Source: Elsinoe ampelina (taxonomy: Eukaryota). Taken from it: a DNA stretch of 64,000 nt. The notes beneath the pieces were generated by a model. The model saw only the letters and a program-made list of their open reading frames with translations. It did not search any database and had not been told where the DNA came from. Location of the stretch: the NCBI GenBank assembly GCA_010093995.1, contig ML992504.1, positions 310,001 to 374,000 on the forward strand, given 5' to 3'. Both the position numbers and the translations under genes were made by a program. Positions 34,691-50,000 of this stretch are shown here, in pieces. Every line of letters starts with the position of its first letter. The first letter of the stretch is position 1.

Positions 34691-35734
34691 GAGTTGAGTA
34701 GAAGATGCAGCTGGGTGACTTACAGAGGCGGTACAGAGTGAATATATAGGACAAAGAGGTTGAAGAAAATGATGTTGAGGTAAAGAAATAATGAAGCTTG
34801 ACAAAATTTTGACAGGTCGTCTCCCGTCGGATTGGCTTCCCGAAAAGGGAGACGGCCTTGGCAATTTTCCCTCGTTCCCGCGTTGAACTCGGACTTTTGA
34901 TTCGTGAATCGTGATTGAGAAGAGACTCGCTCGGCCTTGACTCCCGCCGCGTCCTCGCAGTCTCCCCCCAAGTCCCTTGATGCTCTCTCCAGTCCTCTTC
35001 TGTCGGCACTCAAGTCCCTGCTGATCATGCAGACTGGGCTTCCTACGACTTCACATCACCTTCACTTCTATCGCGCCCTTCCCCCATTCTTCTCCCATTC
35101 TTCCTTGTCCTGGATATCCACGAAGGTCACCAGACTGGCCTAGCTCGAAGCCAATTCCCGCTTTCTCGGATCTAGCACGCGATTGACACAAATCACGCTC
35201 GATCTCAGTGCAGACTCAACAATCTCAGAGCCAGGCATAATCAAAAAGGCGCCCGATCGACCTCAATCTACTCGGCCATCTCGCATCGTCTTCGTCGAGA
35301 CGTAGCGACGTCAAACGCGCTTCCCGTTCCCATCTTTGCTTGTTCAGCGCCAAGCCATCCCATCCTTCAACGTACAAGTTGCGACACGCTACACAAGCTC
35401 GAGAAAGAAACTCAAATCATATTCCGCTGAGGTCTTTTGTGTCCAGGAAGAGCTTTGATACACTTGCGCATAGTCCACATCAATCATTGTGGTTATCCGT
35501 CACCTCCACAGACGTCAAAGCCGTGGACCCCACCACGTACCTCGAACTTCAGTCGCGACAAGCTGCTGGACAAATCAAGTCGGTCACAGCAACCATCTCT
35601 ATAAATTTTACAGCTCGATGCAGCAGATCTTTGAACACTGTCACATATCCAGAGGAGTGCCAACACCCTTACGCGTCTGGGCTAGTCCCGCAAGTCGCCA
35701 GCTCTAGGGAAACCATACTCGACCACCTTCCACC

Positions 35735-36409
35735 ATGATGGCGGCCTATCAACCGCATCCCGGAGGTATGCAACCCGGCATGCCTCATTCTATGCCGGGT
35801 ATGCCACCAGGAGGAGGACAGCCTATGGGCCATCCCATGCAAATGGGGGGAGTGTCTGGAGGAAATCCGCACATGGGACAAACCGCTGCCATGATGAATA
35901 TGCAGGGCGCCGGCGGCATGCCTGGAGGTATGGGAGGTCAAGGACCTGGTGGTGGCATGGGTATGCCCGGTCAAAACTTCGGTCAGCCAGGTCCAAATAA
36001 TATGGCAATCAGCCATCTGACTCCTCAAGCTTCCATGATGCAACAACAGCAACATCAGCAACAGCAGCAATTACAGCAGCAGATGCAACAAAATCCTCAG
36101 CTTTTGCAACAACAACGAGCTGCATACATTCGCCAACAGCAAATGCTACAGCAACAGCAACAGCAGATGGGAGGCATGAATATGGGCGGTAATCCGGGAC
36201 AAATGGGCATGAACCCGCAACAGATGGCTCATCTGCAGAACAATCCTGCTTTCCATGGCACGAATGGCTTACCGCCACACCAGATGATGCAATTGCAGCA
36301 GATGCAGCAACTCCACAGAGCGCAAGCTGTTCAACAACAACAAGCACAGGCGGCGCAGGCTCAACAAGTACAGCAGCAAGCACAACAGCAAGCGCAGCAG
36401 CAACAACAA

Positions 36410-36440
<31 letters not shown>

Positions 36441-38301
36441 CACAGCCACAGCAGACTCCTCAACTCCAGCAACAGCCACCACCGCCACAGGGTCAACCTC
36501 AAGGACAGGCTCCCACGCCGCAGCAGAACATGGCCCACCATGTAGCTATGCAGCACGCACCGTCCCAACAGAGTAATCACAGCGCACACGGTCCTGGTCA
36601 GCAAGCACAAACACCACATGCTGGTCAGACTCGAGCACAATCTCAGGTCCCTGGGGGATCAGATGGTACACAAGCTGGCCAAACGCCGCAATCTGGACCA
36701 CAAAATCCGCCAACGACGCAGCCTGGTCCGCAAGGTCAGCAAGGCAATCCTCAGGCGCAGAGCATGACACCACAGCAACAACAGATGATGCAGCAACGCC
36801 AGCAACAGCTCATGGCTGCCAATATGGCACGGCAGCAACAAGCTCAACAGGCTCAGAATGCTTCGCAACAGGGTAGGAACACTGGCACTTTCATCTTGAA
36901 ACTGCTCTCGTTCTCTGATCATCTCGGTTCTTTCAATTGCAGTGCGCCGAACAAACCAAACAGTCTCGAGTATTGGCAAGCATTCGTCCAAAAATTCTTC
37001 TCGCCCGAAGGAAAATTCGTCTTGCAGACCACCGGGTCCACAGAGCGGATCAAGCATTTTACCACTCCCTACGCCATGTTGCCGAGATTCTGGTGGACAC
37101 ATTTCGAAAGTGGTATCCAGAATGTGCAGGTCAGGATGGAGGGATCGAAACAAACTCAGATGGCCAACAACTACCATTATGTCTCATTCGAGCGCTGCCA
37201 ATTCACGTTCTGGTACAAGAATGGAGTACCGGTGAGTCTAGTCCCCACAGAAGAGTGGGAAGGTTTACTAAACTTGTTCAGGTCATCTGGTCCGGCAGGT
37301 TGAACGCTGTATTTCCTCCAGACTCGGATAAGCTCGAGCTCATGGAATTTGAATTGATCAAGTGGGACGAATATCTACCCAAGTCGGAGGTCGCTCGAGT
37401 CATCTCAATGGGGTCTCCGACCATGACTCGATCTCCAAAGATCAGCAAGAACACTCCCAAGCAACGGCAGATGTCAAAGGTCAAAGGCATGGATGCTCTC
37501 ACCATGGATGACTTCCCAGCCGCTCCGCTCAAAGAACATGGTCTTCCGTCTCAGGTCGTGCAATTTCTCGAGGTTAGCTCTAGTCCTGTCTACAATGAGA
37601 GGTAGTTTTCGCCCTAACCATCTTAGATTGGCGAGACCATGTTCATGATGCAAGACCTTATCGACCACGCGCAGAAGACGGAGCAAAGACCAACTATTGC
37701 TCTCAATACACTCGTACAAGCTTTCGACGATGCCGCCTCGCAAAACCCTGAATTGAACGCTGCGAATGGCAACAATCAGCCGGCCTCTGCTCCTACTCCA
37801 CAACAACAACACATGATGCTGCAGCAACAGCAGCAACGACAAGCTTCGATCGGATCGTCCGTCCCACCGAACCGAACACCAATGCAGGCCAACATGCAAC
37901 TTGGCCAACCACCAAACTTTTCTCCTCAAGTCTCCAACATGAACATGCCAATGTCCATGTCTCACCTCAACGGCCCAATGACTGGGTCGCCACATATATC
38001 TCACCCCCAGAACCCACAGCTCAATATGCTGCAGCAACAACAAATGCAAGCTGGTATGATGGGCGGCATGCAAGGCATGGTCGGTAGCCCCGCAGCCATG
38101 GCGGCACCGATGATGATTCCGCAACACAGCCAGCAAGGCACCAACAGCAGCGCGGCCTCGGCAAACACGTCGCCGAATGTAACGGCGAAGCGACGGAGAA
38201 GTACCGTCAAGATGGAAGACGACGGCGGAGGAGAAATCAATGGTGGTAACAGAGTCAAAGCCTCCCCACGAGTGGGTGGCAATAAAAAGTTGAAGGGCTA
38301 G
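35735..38301 (+). CDS. Q-rich LIM-domain-binding (LDB/SEUSS-like) transcriptional co-regulator, PtaB/Mfg1/Adn1 family (2 introns)
   Basis: PolyQ N-terminus; LKLLSFSDHL..YWQAFVQKFFS..LPRFWWTHFESG..FWYKNG..EIGETMFMMQDLI; C-terminal SANTSPNV..KRRRS.VK.E. Confidence 0.85.
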
Positions 38302-38917
38302 ACGCCAGGTTCATCTAACGCAACGAGTCCAGCAAATCATCTTTGGGAGACGAGTGGCTCAGGTGTCCGTCTCCACAGGCGCATTCTGCCAAAGGCGTAG
38401 CCTCTGCGGACGACGTTTTGACCATAACTGGATCAATGATGATACCACGCCATCATCGCAAGCGTTCACGACGCAGCATCGAAGCTCACGACGCAGACCT
38501 GAGGATCCAGTCCCCTCGATAGCATGCTTCGACCTATTCTCATGGCGGGTGCACGCCTGCTACCACGTTGTGACCCAGGCGAGTCGATGTCGTACAATCA
38601 CTTGCAACCCCAGAGGAGCAGAGGAGCAGAGGAGAAGACACGGTCGGCAGACCAGCCTCGTCTCAACAACGATCGTTGGAAAGACAGTCGCTTCGTCGAT
38701 CACCCCCATCAGCCAACGCACGAGGGCGTCCCGGCCAGAAAAATCATGAGCGATAAGGGCGTAATACAGGCGTTTACACAGGAAGGCGGAGTCCCATGTC
38801 CAGCGAAGGAGTGTCCAAGAGGGCTTATTTGGGTATTCATCCCTGCTCGGTCGGGAGTCATTGGATTTGAGAGGGGATATGCATTCGTCTATAGATTATT
38901 CAGATTACAGACGGGGT

Positions 38918-38938
38918 GAGATGAGATGAGATGAGATG
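38918..38938. repeat. (GAGAT)n microsatellite
   Basis: gagatgagatgagatgagatg. Confidence 0.8.
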
Positions 38939-39219
38939 GAGGACATGAGGGGGAAGGGGAATGTATTATTCTACCCCATTCTGCCTTGCTTTCATTGTCT
39001 GTTGTGCGTGGTGACGACAGTGAATGTTCTCGTCGTGTGGGAACATCAAGGGGCGAGACGCTGTTCGACGACAAGCATCTCGGCAGCATCAAATCGTGGA
39101 TATCGGTTCAATTACACACCACCCCATCACTACAGCTCTATATACCCTCCCTCCTCAACCACACAGAGCACACACCTCCACCTCTCCTCCCCCCGACCTC
39201 CCCTCTCGACCTCAGCCTT

Positions 39220-41093
<1,874 letters not shown>

Positions 41094-41890
41094 GGCTGCT
41101 GTGTCGTCCTGAGCTACGGATGAATGGGTATAAGATGCAACGAAGGTGCCCAAGAAGACTCAGCAGCTGCGAACTGAGTAGTGACGGATGCTCGAGGCTG
41201 TGAGGCTTGAGGTAGATCTGGCTGGGGACGCTTGCAAGTGGTTTCGAGGTTGGACTGACCCAAGCTTCCCGCGCAGACGTCAGTGGACGTTCAGCCAATC
41301 AGAGCGGAGCTGGCTTTTGGAGTGATATGGAGCAAATCTTTCCTGCGACTCTTTCTTTCTTGTTTTATACATTTACCTGCGCATGGACAATGTCGATCTT
41401 GTATTGATGTAACTGCATTTCATGTCTACAAAATTGCGGTATGGGTCTCGCGCAGAGAACAAGTCTTGTGATCACGATTAAGCCGGAGCGTCTTCTTGAG
41501 CGTTGTTTCGAAAGGAGCTTCGTGGGTGGAAGAGGTTTGACTTTGTTGGTCGTACATTCATGTGTTGTGATATAAGCATCCCGCTCGTAGTCGGTAGGGG
41601 ATGAGTAGAACCGAACGTGACTTTAATCTACATGCTCTGGGACGGTAAGTATATCTCATGAATTCCATACCAAAGTCAATCACCACTGGTTCCTGCTGTG
41701 TGCTTTGGTGGCGCAAGCAGCAAAAGGTGACATGTATCCCCTATAAGTGCCCACCACCGAGAAGTGAGGCACAGGTGACAATGCACTGGCAAAAAGACTG
41801 CCCCCCTTATTGACTTACCTGATTCGACTTGGCCACGTTACCAGGGCTTCTAACTCACGTTCACCGCAGCGCACATTAATTTGTGGTGGT

Positions 41891-42037
41891 CGGCTACTGA
41901 GAGAAGAATTCGAACCCGAGGTCTTTGCACTGTGTCAGTGCTACGCCGAATATAAGAGTTATGGGCTGTCCAAACTCGGTCAACTGCTTTTTACGGCAGA
42001 GACTTGGTTTCAGCTGAACTGACTGAGCTAAGCTACC
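41891..42037 (-). pseudogene. Degenerate tRNA-like sequence (A box + B box), possible tRNA pseudogene or SINE head
   Basis: 5' GGTAGCTTAGCTCAGTCAG (A-box-like), GGGTTCGAATTC (B-box-like) and partial acceptor pairing with AGTAGCC. T stem poor; no clear anticodon arm. Confidence 0.3.
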
Positions 42038-42177
42038 GTCATTGTTCGCTGAGGTAGGGAGGGGACAACGAGCATTATATAGTCATGCCATCTGTGAGGG
42101 GGACTTTGGCATGTGACTGCTGTTGCGCTGGCTGGTGGGTGTGGTCGGGAGTGCACAGGGAGGACATTGCACGCGGG

Positions 42178-42412
42178 AGGAGATTACACATGGGAAGATT
42201 ACACATGGGAAGATTACACNNNNNNNNNNNNNNNNNNNNNNNNNNNNNNNNNNNNNNNNNNNNNNNNNNNNNNNNNNNNNNNNNNNNNNNNNNNNNNNNN
42301 NNNNNNNNNNNNNNNNNNNNNNNNNNNNNNNNNNNNNNNNNNNNNNNNNNNNNNGGAAGATTACACCTAGGAAGATTACACCTAGGAAGATTACACCTAG
42401 GAAGACTACACA
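42178..42412. repeat. 15-bp tandem repeat GGAAGATTACAC(ATG/CTA) spanning an assembly gap (N 42220-42354)
   Basis: About 3 units left and about 4 units right of the N run. Confidence 0.9.
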
Positions 42413-42604
42413 TGGACAGGGACTGTACATCGCGGAATACTACGCATGGACGAGCTTTCTGACCAGAATACTCGGTTCACAATCCTTCGCCTTGATCTGT
42501 TAGAGGATACCATACATGCGAGCTATGGGGAATAACAGCGTGCTCATGAATCTTTTCATAACCTGTCCCAATGCTATCTACTTTATCCTCTCGTCCACAG
42601 TCAC

Positions 42605-44341
42605 TCATCCTAAAAGATCGCCCAGAGCACCTCCAGCTGGTTTCTGCCCTTGCGCTGGCTTTGCTGCTCCTGCTGGTGCTGTGCTCCCCGCTGGCGCACC
42701 CCATAGACCGGCACTTGCCTTTTGCTTTGCCATTTCCTGCATGCTCATGCCTCCTGCTTGCTGACCACTCTTGTTCCCTAATTTACTGCCGCCTAGTAAG
42801 CTTGCAAAAGCATCTCCGCCAGCCGCCTTCTTTGGCGCAGCACCTCCTCCAATAGAGCCAGGAGTAGAGACAGCCGACGTTCCAGATACGACACGATTCA
42901 TGCCAGATTGTGCAGGCTGAGCGTTTTGCGCCACCGAGACGGAGGTAAAGTAATTCGGTCCCGCCGGCTGGTAGCCGCTCGGCTTGTTCTGAACCGGGGG
43001 CGATGAGAGCGATGAGATGCTCGCTGCACCAGGCGTAGAAGCTGCTTGTGGCGGGGGTGACTTTGTCGAAAAGATCGTGCTAAAGTCGGCTGGCTTGTTG
43101 GCTTGTGGTTGCGGTTGAGCGAATTGAGTGCTAGCCGAAGGTGTTGAGGTCGAGGCTGGCGGAGGTATTGAAGAGATAGATGATGCCATTGTCGAAGTTG
43201 GTTTGGAGATAGAAGCGGTTGAGGCGGTTGGCGCAGCAGATTGGAAGTCGTCAAAATCGTCATCATCGGCAGCTCCGCCAGACTGGAAACCACCGAATCC
43301 ACCAATTGTAGAAGTGCCGTTGCCGTTGGAGGCGGAGGGGGCAGTAGTGGTGGTGGTGACAGCGTCATCGCCAAAGTCGAACAAGTCTACCTCCGGCTCT
43401 TTCGGCTTTGGTGGTTCTGGCTGCTTCTTGTTCCTGTTCGGCGCGCTCCTGTTGCTCCCCGCTCTCCTTCTTCCTGAGGATGCAACCGCTCCACCATCGT
43501 CGAATTCGTCGTATTCCTCGAATCGTTCCCCTCTCCGCCCGCTGCTGCTACCGTCGTAATCGTTGTCTTGCTGCCCGCCAAAACCTCCTCCGTCTCCAAA
43601 GACACCACCACTGAATCCACCATATCCGCCAGCGGGTGCTCCACCGGTCTCGCTCCCGAAGCCTCCGTATCTGCTAGAGCCAGACATGCTGCTACCTCCG
43701 AGACCCATGCCACCTTCCACCCCAGCATACTTACCACGAGTCGCCCGAGCCTTCTTTCGTTCTGAGCGAATGCGTTCTACATCGCTCAAGAGATCCGTAA
43801 GCTCTTTCGACCGATTCCGGACGTTGATACCCTGATCTTTTCCATTCTGATCGATGTAGTGGAATTGGCGAAGCATCTTAAGGAGTGAGAGATGTGATCG
43901 TGCGTCGTCAATGACCCTTTCGGACCCGTGCTTGACAAGGAACTCCATCAATTGTAAAGCCTTGTAGATTTGCCGCCACTCTTCGGCTGACTTTTCGGTG
44001 AAGCGTTTGTATATCATCGGCATGATCTCGTTGAGTGCCTGGCTGAGAGCATTGTTAGAGGTGAACTCTCGAGATCAGGGGCCATGTCCATACTAGTTGA
44101 AGGTCGCACTGGCAATCTCCTGCATCAGCGAAGATGAGGCTCCCCAGGGTTCATTGTTTGTCGCTTCCCGGACCTTGGATTCCATCTCGGTATAGTTCAT
44201 TACGGCTAAGTGGTCCTGTCAGTGGCTATTCATTGGGCTGACACGTCCTGCGACCTTACCATTTTGGACCTTGCGCACTCCTGCTTTGAGGTCGTACAAG
44301 GTCAGCTGGCTGACTTGGTCTTTGAGCGAATTGAAATCCAT
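42605..44341 (-). CDS. ENT3: ENTH-domain epsin-like Golgi/endosome adaptor (multi-exon)
   Basis: YDLKAGVRKVQN|AVMNYTEMESKVREATNNEPWGASS, EWRQIYKALQL, DQGINVRNR, DLFDF and DDDFDDFQSA motifs, C-terminal DLLG. Confidence 0.9.
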
Positions 44342-45144
44342 GATGAGCTGCCGCCGAGGTGCAATGCCTGTGACAATTGAGAGATGGAGATGGGCGAAGA
44401 AATGGCAACGGTATCAACTTCCAGTTGTTGGTCTGGCAGCGAGCCGAAGTCCAGGGTCCTCGGGCACTCGCTCCAGTGCCAAGAAAGGCAAGCTGGTGCT
44501 TCACTTGGGGGAGAAAAATAGACAGGGAGCTTGCTTATCTACAATACCGTCTAATATCATCAAGAGGGGCAATTGTATCATATCAAAAGCTCTATCAAGT
44601 ATATATCGATCCGTACACGCCTCATCTACGCCAACCTCAGCGCCATCAGACGTCGTTTGAGCAGCACCAGACAGCTTGGGTATAGCTTCAAGCTTGCTTG
44701 TTGGAAAGATTTTCCAGGTACGTGTATCACCAAACAATCAGCGAACCCCACGTGTCGGCTACCTCGAAACTTGTTTTTGATGGACATTTGTCCTCATGCA
44801 AGCCACGAGATCGTTCATTTGTGAAGCTTCTGGCGTGTTAGATCGAGCAGCGAATATTCCACTGCTCTCGGGCGATGCCGCGATGCAAGGGAAAGGCTAG
44901 ACGATCTCCCAACCTCGAGCAAGGCCCGTCACCAAGACGCACGTAAAGGGCAGGGCGAAAAGCGGTGAAACGAGGTTGGGTGGGACGTCAGAGAGTCTTG
45001 GATTGCGTTTTGGCCAACGAGGGGCAAGCGTGGGAAGGAAGAGGCTGACGCGAGCAGGAAGGACCAGAAAGGACCCTCTTTCGACAGAATTGCCCCGCCA
45101 TTCATCTACCCCACCTCGACAGAACGAGAAGTCTTTCTCTCACA

Positions 45145-45985
45145 ATGCTCACCAACAATCTCTCCTTCTTCACCCGCACCGCCGCATCCCGCTCCATCAA
45201 CCTCGCAAAATCACATCAATTACGTCGTCAGTTCCACGCTTCAGCTCCAAACATGACTATCAAGGTTTACTTCGATACCACCTGGTACGGCCCGCTCGTC
45301 AAGGTTGACAGCAACGGCAAGCCCACTGGCGGCGAGTCCGAGGCAAAGGGTATGTGAAGAGCTCTCCATCATCAATTGTCATCCATCACTGACCTTGTTC
45401 TCATCATAGATCGCTCCGGCCGCATCAACTTTGAGCTCTTTGACGATGTCGTCCCCAAGACCGTCGAGAACTTCCGTGCTCTGTGCACCAAGGAGAAGGG
45501 CTTCGGATATGAGAACTCCAAGTTCCACCGTGTGATCCCAGAGTTCATGCTCCAGGGTGGTGACTTTACCCGCGGCAACGTATGTCGATGGTCAATGATA
45601 CGCTCAATCGATACTGATGCATCATCCACAGGGCACCGGCGGAAAGTCCATCTACGGCGAAAAGTTTGCCGATGAGAACTTCAAGCTCAAGCACGACGTG
45701 CCATTCCTCCTCTCCATGGCCAACGCTGGACCCAACACGTAAGAGTATCTCACATTCATTATCGAGCACCTCACTGACCCCCACTCCAGCAACGGCTCCC
45801 AGTTCTTCATTACCACCGTCGTCACCTCTTGGCTCGATGGCCGTCACGTCGTCTTCGGCCGCGTCCCAGCCGGCGATGTCGAGTCCATGAGCGTCGTCAA
45901 GTCCATCGAGGCCTGCGGTAGCCAGTCTGGCGCCATCAAGTACAAGGGCAACCCACCCACCATCGTCAAGGCCGGTCAGGCGTAG
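45145..45985 (+). CDS. Cyclophilin-type peptidyl-prolyl isomerase with N-terminal mitochondrial presequence (3 introns)
   Basis: [79 protein letters not shown]. Confidence 0.95.
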
Positions 45986-46664
45986 ATGATGACGACATGC
46001 AAGAGACGTGCCCGGTTAAGATCAATGACAATCATTCGGCTCACAAAGGGGTGGAAGTTGAGTGGGGAGATGAAGTAGTTTGAAGGCTTTGAATAGATCG
46101 CACAAAGTCCGAGTCAATTGCTGTCTCTGCCAACTAAATGTTCAACATGTCCATCCTGCCCAGTGACATCATCATTGAGTTTCATCTACTCTACCTTACT
46201 CCACTGCTTAACAAGCTTGACGGCGTCTCTTGACCTACAAGAGAACCTAAAGCAGTGACCGCCTCTAGCCAGTCTTGTCTTGTGAGCTTTGCCTCGATGA
46301 GAGCCGTCTCCTCTGCCAGACATGTTGTTCGCCTGACTCGCCCTCTGTTGAACCTATCATGACCCACCAATAGATAACTCCAGACCACAGCCTCTGGCGC
46401 GGTCACACCCCTTCTTGTCTTTCTGACAGTTGAGGCACTTTGGCCTCAAACACCACCTCCCGCACCGACCATAGGTGTGGGCTACGAATGGCGATACTTG
46501 GACATAGACTGATTGGATCCGGACCAAGAGTGTAAGGTCGGTGATTTGTATGGGACTTTCCACTGTTCCAGGTCCATGATTCCTCTATTCACAGTCCAAG
46601 TCCATGAGTGGTTCTTAGCCTGTGCTCCCTCTTCCCATGCCGTGAAACCTCCGACTTCGCCCAC

Positions 46665-47075
46665 TCAATTGTTGTACCCCACTCCCCATGCCATCGTCGC
46701 GGTAGACTGACTACCACCCGCCCCTGCCGGCGTGGTAGAACAGGAAGAAGGATGCCCCTGTGTCTCTGTCGTGGTCGAGACGACCAAAGCAGTGACGGTG
46801 GCGGGAGAGGAGGCAGTGGTTGTGGTGGGCATGGTGTAATGAGTGATGGAGCCCAGAGGAGTACATCGGAGGGGGGAGTAGTGCCTCCTCACTTGTTGTA
46901 CCCCACTCCCCATGCCATCGTCGCGGTAGACTGACTACCGCCCGCCCCTGCCGGCGTGGTAGAACAGGAGGGAGGATGCCCCTGTCCCGACGTGGTGGTA
47001 GAGGCATCCGGGGCAGCGACGATGGCGGGAGAGGAGGTGGTGGTCGTGGTGGGCATGGTGTAATGGATGATGGGA
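46665..47075. repeat. Two-copy 224-bp-period tandem duplication; each copy carries a 55-aa minus-strand ORF
   Basis: TTGTTGTACCCCACTCCCCATGCCATCGTCGCGGTAGACTGACTACC at 46669 and 46893; ORFs 46665-46832 and 46889-47056. Confidence 0.9.
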
Positions 47076-50000
47076 CCGGGCGAGAGAGGCGTGAGGGGCG
47101 CGAGTGGCTCTTGGTGGGTAGGACAGGTTGTGGTCTGTTGGGAGTATGAAGGGTGCGGGAGCTCGGTGTGAGTGGCGATGGATTTGTAGAGGGTGATTGA
47201 TAGCTTGTTGCTATCTTCGGAGGCTAAGGGATAGTTGGATGGTTGACGGGACATGTTGACTGAGAAGAAGGGCGACTTTATAGAAAGTGATGTGGTCAAA
47301 GTGTTGAATTGTGAGATTGATTTCCATGTTGTGCCAGCGCTTCCCCTGACGACTTCGCCAGCTCTGTGTCGACGCCGACCACGTCAACATCGATATCGAT
47401 TGGAACAACTCTTTCCTCAACCATTTCCATGCTGCAGGTCAGACATCTCGTCACATTCTTAGTCATGGGTGTAAATGGCCGTGCCGGTCGAAATGAAGTC
47501 GTGCTACATCTTCAGCAACCCCCTCACCATCTTCGCCAGGTCGACGTTCGAGTATTGGCTATCCTTGAAGGTCAACAGTGTGCCAGGGGTGGTGATGCGA
47601 GGACAGCTGCATGGTTCCGCAGGCCTAGCAATTCGCGACTAGTCCTAGGTCAAGGAGGGAGTGGAGTTGCAAACTTCGATCAGCGATTGGCCAACGACAT
47701 CATCGACGACGGCATCAACGTACCTGGAGCTTCACAGAGCTTGGTCAGAGCGAAGATTGACCAAGGGATACGCGCTCGCGCGGCAGGAGATGTCATGATC
47801 TGTGGTAATGGGGTGTACAAGGTGGTGGATACTCCGGAGGCGGATCCACAGGAGGCGGTGTCGACGACCAAGGCAGCGCAGACTATCGATGAAGCACCGT
47901 CACACCAAGCTTCAAGAGTTTTTGAATAATTCGACTGTCGTAGAAGCCACGCCAATGGTTTGACGAAGGAAACACAAAGCAAGAGCATGAGAGGGATACC
48001 CTTGAGTCAAAATGTTTGCTAGAAGTGGTGCAAACCGGCGACATGCATAGACGACCAAACACATCTGCACCCGTCACACACTAGCCAGCGCAGCCAACGT
48101 CGGAGAGCCAAAGAACGACACTACGAATGTCGACAAGGATCGAGAAGCACACTTTGGCGATGCCGTGTTGCCCCTGCGCTGTATGCGGAGCGGGTTCACG
48201 CATGGCCTCAAGACCGGCACTCAAACGCCAGCGAGACGTAGCATGCACGTTGCCGAAGCCAACATGGATACTCGCATGGACTAGCTCAGCCATAGACTCC
48301 AGAAATACTCATAACGATCACGACGATGTGTGTCTGGCTTGCACGGGTGGTCGAGCAATTCCGCCCTCGGCATTCCCGAACGGGCAAGGTCCTGCATGCA
48401 GCTGCGATGTCAGGTCCTCCACATCGCGGAACAGTGCATCCAAGCGACCCAGTCGGATGCAAGTATATGGTCTCATGCATGAACAGGCCGTGCGGGTGTC
48501 GTATGTTCTGTACGACATAAATCGCTGGTCAGGGTTGGCTTCCCCGCCGCCGGGATCGCAACATCGTGCATCCAGTACAGCTTCATACCAAGATGTGTTG
48601 GCGCCCAGATCATTAGCACCAACAGTCATGTAATCGATTCAACAGTCGAGATACGACTCTCGTCAAGCACAAGAGCGTAAGCCTTGTGTCCGCAAAGGTA
48701 TCTACTCCGGGCGGAAGTTCCGCGCGACAAAGCAATTCTGCAGAAGCCTGGACACAGAAACACTGGTTGTATGACTGTCGGTTTACTATCCCGGAAGCCA
48801 AGGATGTCGGTCATGTTCTTGGACATGCAGCACTGCTGGAAGGTTATGCGTAGCATGTGTCATCGCCGCACCAGCTGTCTGAACGAGCAACGTCAAGCAG
48901 AGCGGTGGGACCTATCTGATGGACGCGCCTGGCTGAACCGGATCAGCGAACCACATGCCAGCATGAGATCCTCCTACCAGGTCAACTTCAGACAGTCCTC
49001 GAAGCGATCCGACGGCAGCTTGCATGCCTCATAGTGTCCACATCCTCCAGGGTCCCCCGTGCTGAGCAAGACGAGTGTCCTGGTACGTGGTAGTGATCGG
49101 AGTGACACTTGAGACTGTGGTCCCGCCTTCTCCTTATGTCCAGGTCGCAGTTAGATGGTGTCCCATCGCGAATGGCTGCATCAGCTCTCGCAGAAGTCGA
49201 TGATTACTACCGACGGGCGATGTTTTGCTTCCGAGGGACGTTAGAGTAGACGCGAGGTCCTCCAGTGTTGCTGTTCCGTCCTAGCAAGCCTGCCCGTTTG
49301 AAGCGTCATCTGCCGGCCATGTAGGACTATCATGCTTCCGAGGTTTGATGCTCTTGAACTTTGGCTATCTTGGTGTTCAGTCCTCTTGACCTAAACTGTC
49401 TTCTGAGTCCAATGGTCTGAGTCCAACAATCTTGAGACCTGATGCCCTCTGAGGCTGTCGCGGTCCAACAGCTTCATGTCGCATCTCAGGGTTGAGCGCA
49501 TTTGCGCCGTCCAGCTGTAATTTTGGAGCACCCATTACCTCAACCCAGATGTACTTCTGCAGCTATCAACTACCTCCTGTTGATTCGGGTCTGTGCAAAG
49601 CAAGTGTCTTGTTTTGGGCGATCTGAGCCGTCTTCTGGACAGACATGTGTGTGTCGACAGCTCCTGCCGGGCTTGGCGTAAGGAGTAGATTGTCCCATGC
49701 GTGTGACTATAGAGCTTGATGGGAGAGGATGGTTCCGCTGTATCTACTTCACTGCCGTTGCTGCTCCCGTGAAGGCTGAGCTAGACCTGTCGAGATAGTC
49801 CACGGTTCTCCTGATGGTGAACATCCTCACGACGGGGTAGAGGGATCGTCTGATAACGAGATTATCTTCCCTACGCGTGTATGAAAGCCTCTGTTCCAAG
49901 CCTTTGTTTCTTTGGGAGATGGGGAGGTTTGTAGAGGCGCACCTCTCTCTGAGGTTTATCTACGTCGATGAAGCCAATCCGACTGAGGAGACGTGAGTGT

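Noticed and set aside
41439..41869. Possible plus-strand intronic H/ACA RNA (hairpins ending AGGTGACA after GTAAGT at 41645)
   Set aside because: No proper ANANNA box and non-canonical pocket spacing; too weak.
42178..42412. Link between this GATTACA repeat and the Harbinger subterminal GATTACA motifs
   Set aside because: Only the 7-mer is shared; organisation differs.
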